Assembly: GCA_944322805.1 (NCBI GenBank)
Contig: CALUQC010000117.1
Span: forward strand, 169-64,168
DNA from: an uncultured Bacteroidales bacterium
GTDB lineage: Bacteria > Bacteroidota > Bacteroidia > Bacteroidales > UBA932
DNA length: 64,000 nt
Direction of reading: 5' to 3'
The position numbers were made by a program, and so were the translations under genes. Under the pieces are notes generated by a model. The model did no database searches, had not been told where the DNA came from, and saw only the letters and a list, made by a program, of their open reading frames with translations. Numbering within the stretch: the stretch's first letter is position 1; every line of letters starts with the position of its first letter. Below are positions 62,835 to 64,000 of the stretch, one piece after another.

Positions 62835-62887
62835 AACGGCCCCTGCCTTTGCTGCGACCATATATCGGAAGCGAGGCAGGGGCCGTT
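62835..62887. terminator. Hairpin between convergent ettA and uxaC
   Basis: AACGGCCCCTGCCT...AGGCAGGGGCCGTT 14-bp stem. Confidence 0.75.
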
Positions 62888-62890
62888 ATG

Positions 62891-64000
62891 TTAAAAGTTG
62901 AAATACCTTGCGGCGTTGTTGTAGGAAATGTCCTTTACCACCTGGTGGATGAACTGCATTTCCGATTTAGGCAGTTTGCCTTTGGCTATGTCTTCGCCGA
63001 TGACGCTGCACAGAATCCTGCGGAAATACTCGTGACGCGGATAAGAAAGGAAACTCCTGGAGTCCGTAAGCATTCCGATGAAGCGTGTGAACAGCCCGAG
63101 AGCCGAAAGCGCATTCATCTGCTTGCGCATTCCGTCTTCCTGATCGAGGAACCACCAGCCCGAGCCGAGCTGCATCTTGCCTGCCACCGAGCCGTCGTTG
63201 AAAGTATATGCCATGGTGGCCAGGACTTCGTTGTCCTTAGGGTTGAGGTTGTAAAGGATGGTCTTTGTCAGTTTGTCTTCCATGGCCAGCCTGTTCAGGA
63301 ACTTGTGTCCGGCAGCCGCGCACGGAACGTCATGTATGGCATCGTATCCGGTGTCGGGACCGAGAATGCCGTACATCTTCGTATTGTTGTCCCTGATGGC
63401 TCCGATGTGGAACTGCTGCGCCCAGCCGGTCTCCCAGTCCATCCTGGCGAAATCGACCAGCATCGCACTTCTGAATTTGAGCACTTCGCTTCCGGTCAGT
63501 GATTCTCCCTTGAGCCCTTTTCTGAAGATGGCGTCGATTTCCTCCGGCTCGAAATCCTCTGCATAGAAGGTCTCCAGTCCGTGGTCGGAAAGCCGGCATC
63601 CCATGGAGTCGAAGAATTCGTGCCTTTTGCGCAGGGCATCCAAAAGGTCCTGGTATCCGGTGATCTGTACGCCGCTCACTTCCGCGAGCCTGCCTACATA
63701 TCCGGCATATCCGGGCTTTTCGATAGCCATGGCCTTGTCCGGCCTCCATGCCGGCAGCACCTTCACTCCGAACGGGTGTTCCGCAATGTATTTATGGTAT
63801 TCGAGAGAATCCACAGGATCATCGGTCGTGCAGACCACCTTGACATTGAACATTTTCATCAGTTCCTGCCCCCTGTATTCCGGAGTCTGGAGCTTCTCCG
63901 TGCAGGTGTCGTATATCTGCCTTGCAGTCTGCGGATTGAGCAGGTCGTAAACTCCGAATACCCTGGCCAGTTCGAGGTGTGTCCAGTGGTACAGCGGATT
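62891..64000 (-). CDS. uxaC: Glucuronate isomerase (5' part outside the window)
   Basis: CTTDDP, WRPDKA, SDHG, GSGWWFLDQ, LTDSRSFLSYPRHEYFRR. Confidence 0.96.
   Translation of the reverse strand, partial: NPLYHWTHLELARVFGVYDLLNPQTARQIYDTCTEKLQTPEYRGQELMKMFNVKVVCTTDDPVDSLEYHKYIAEHPFGVKVLPAWRPDKAMAIEKPGYAGYVGRLAEVSGVQITGYQDLLDALRKRHEFFDSMGCRLSDHGLETFYAEDFEPEEIDAIFRKGLKGESLTGSEVLKFRSAMLVDFARMDWETGWAQQFHIGAIRDNNTKMYGILGPDTGYDAIHDVPCAAAGHKFLNRLAMEDKLTKTILYNLNPKDNEVLATMAYTFNDGSVAGKMQLGSGWWFLDQEDGMRKQMNALSALGLFTRFIGMLTDSRSFLSYPRHEYFRRILCSVIGEDIAKGKLPKSEMQFIHQVVKDISYNNAARYFNF

Overview
Chromosomal backbone of a GC-rich (about 50-55%, by eye) Bacteroidales bacterium. The assignment is inferred from TAnnTTTG -7 promoters, Shine-Dalgarno-less AT-rich leaders and the NUDIX-pyrE-SRPBCC and clpC/gyrA-TPR synteny. 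The window holds about 52 mostly housekeeping genes: pyrE, an RsmF-type methyltransferase, cysteine synthase, asnA, prfB, class I fumarase, GH3, reverse rubrerythrin, an AddB/AddA-like pair, CoA-transferase, mazG, tcdA, prfA, a thiamine-salvage cluster (thiM-thiE-tenA / thiD-HAD), fabH-fabF-fabZ divergent from a membrane-bound LytTR regulator, GH2/GH20, clpC, gyrA, phoH, leuS, two YitT genes, ettA and a partial uxaC. I saw no rRNA, tRNA, CRISPR array, integrase or transposase. The most interesting signals are non-coding or domain-level. (1) A dispersed intergenic element, ATATTGAAAAATTTCAARACAGTTTCT, occurs about 9 times; two copies are identical over 42 bp and form a complete promoter, and two divergent regions share a 50-bp block flanked by inverted copies. 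(2) Four TGTGG-core direct repeats sit in exact 20-bp phase between fabHFZ and the LytTR gene. (3) An apparently catalytically dead M28 domain is fused to TonB_C behind a SPOR lipoprotein. (4) ClpC lacks its middle domain and has an unannotated 41-codon ORF next to it. (5) prfB has no programmed frameshift. All calls come from motif recognition by eye; no searches were run.
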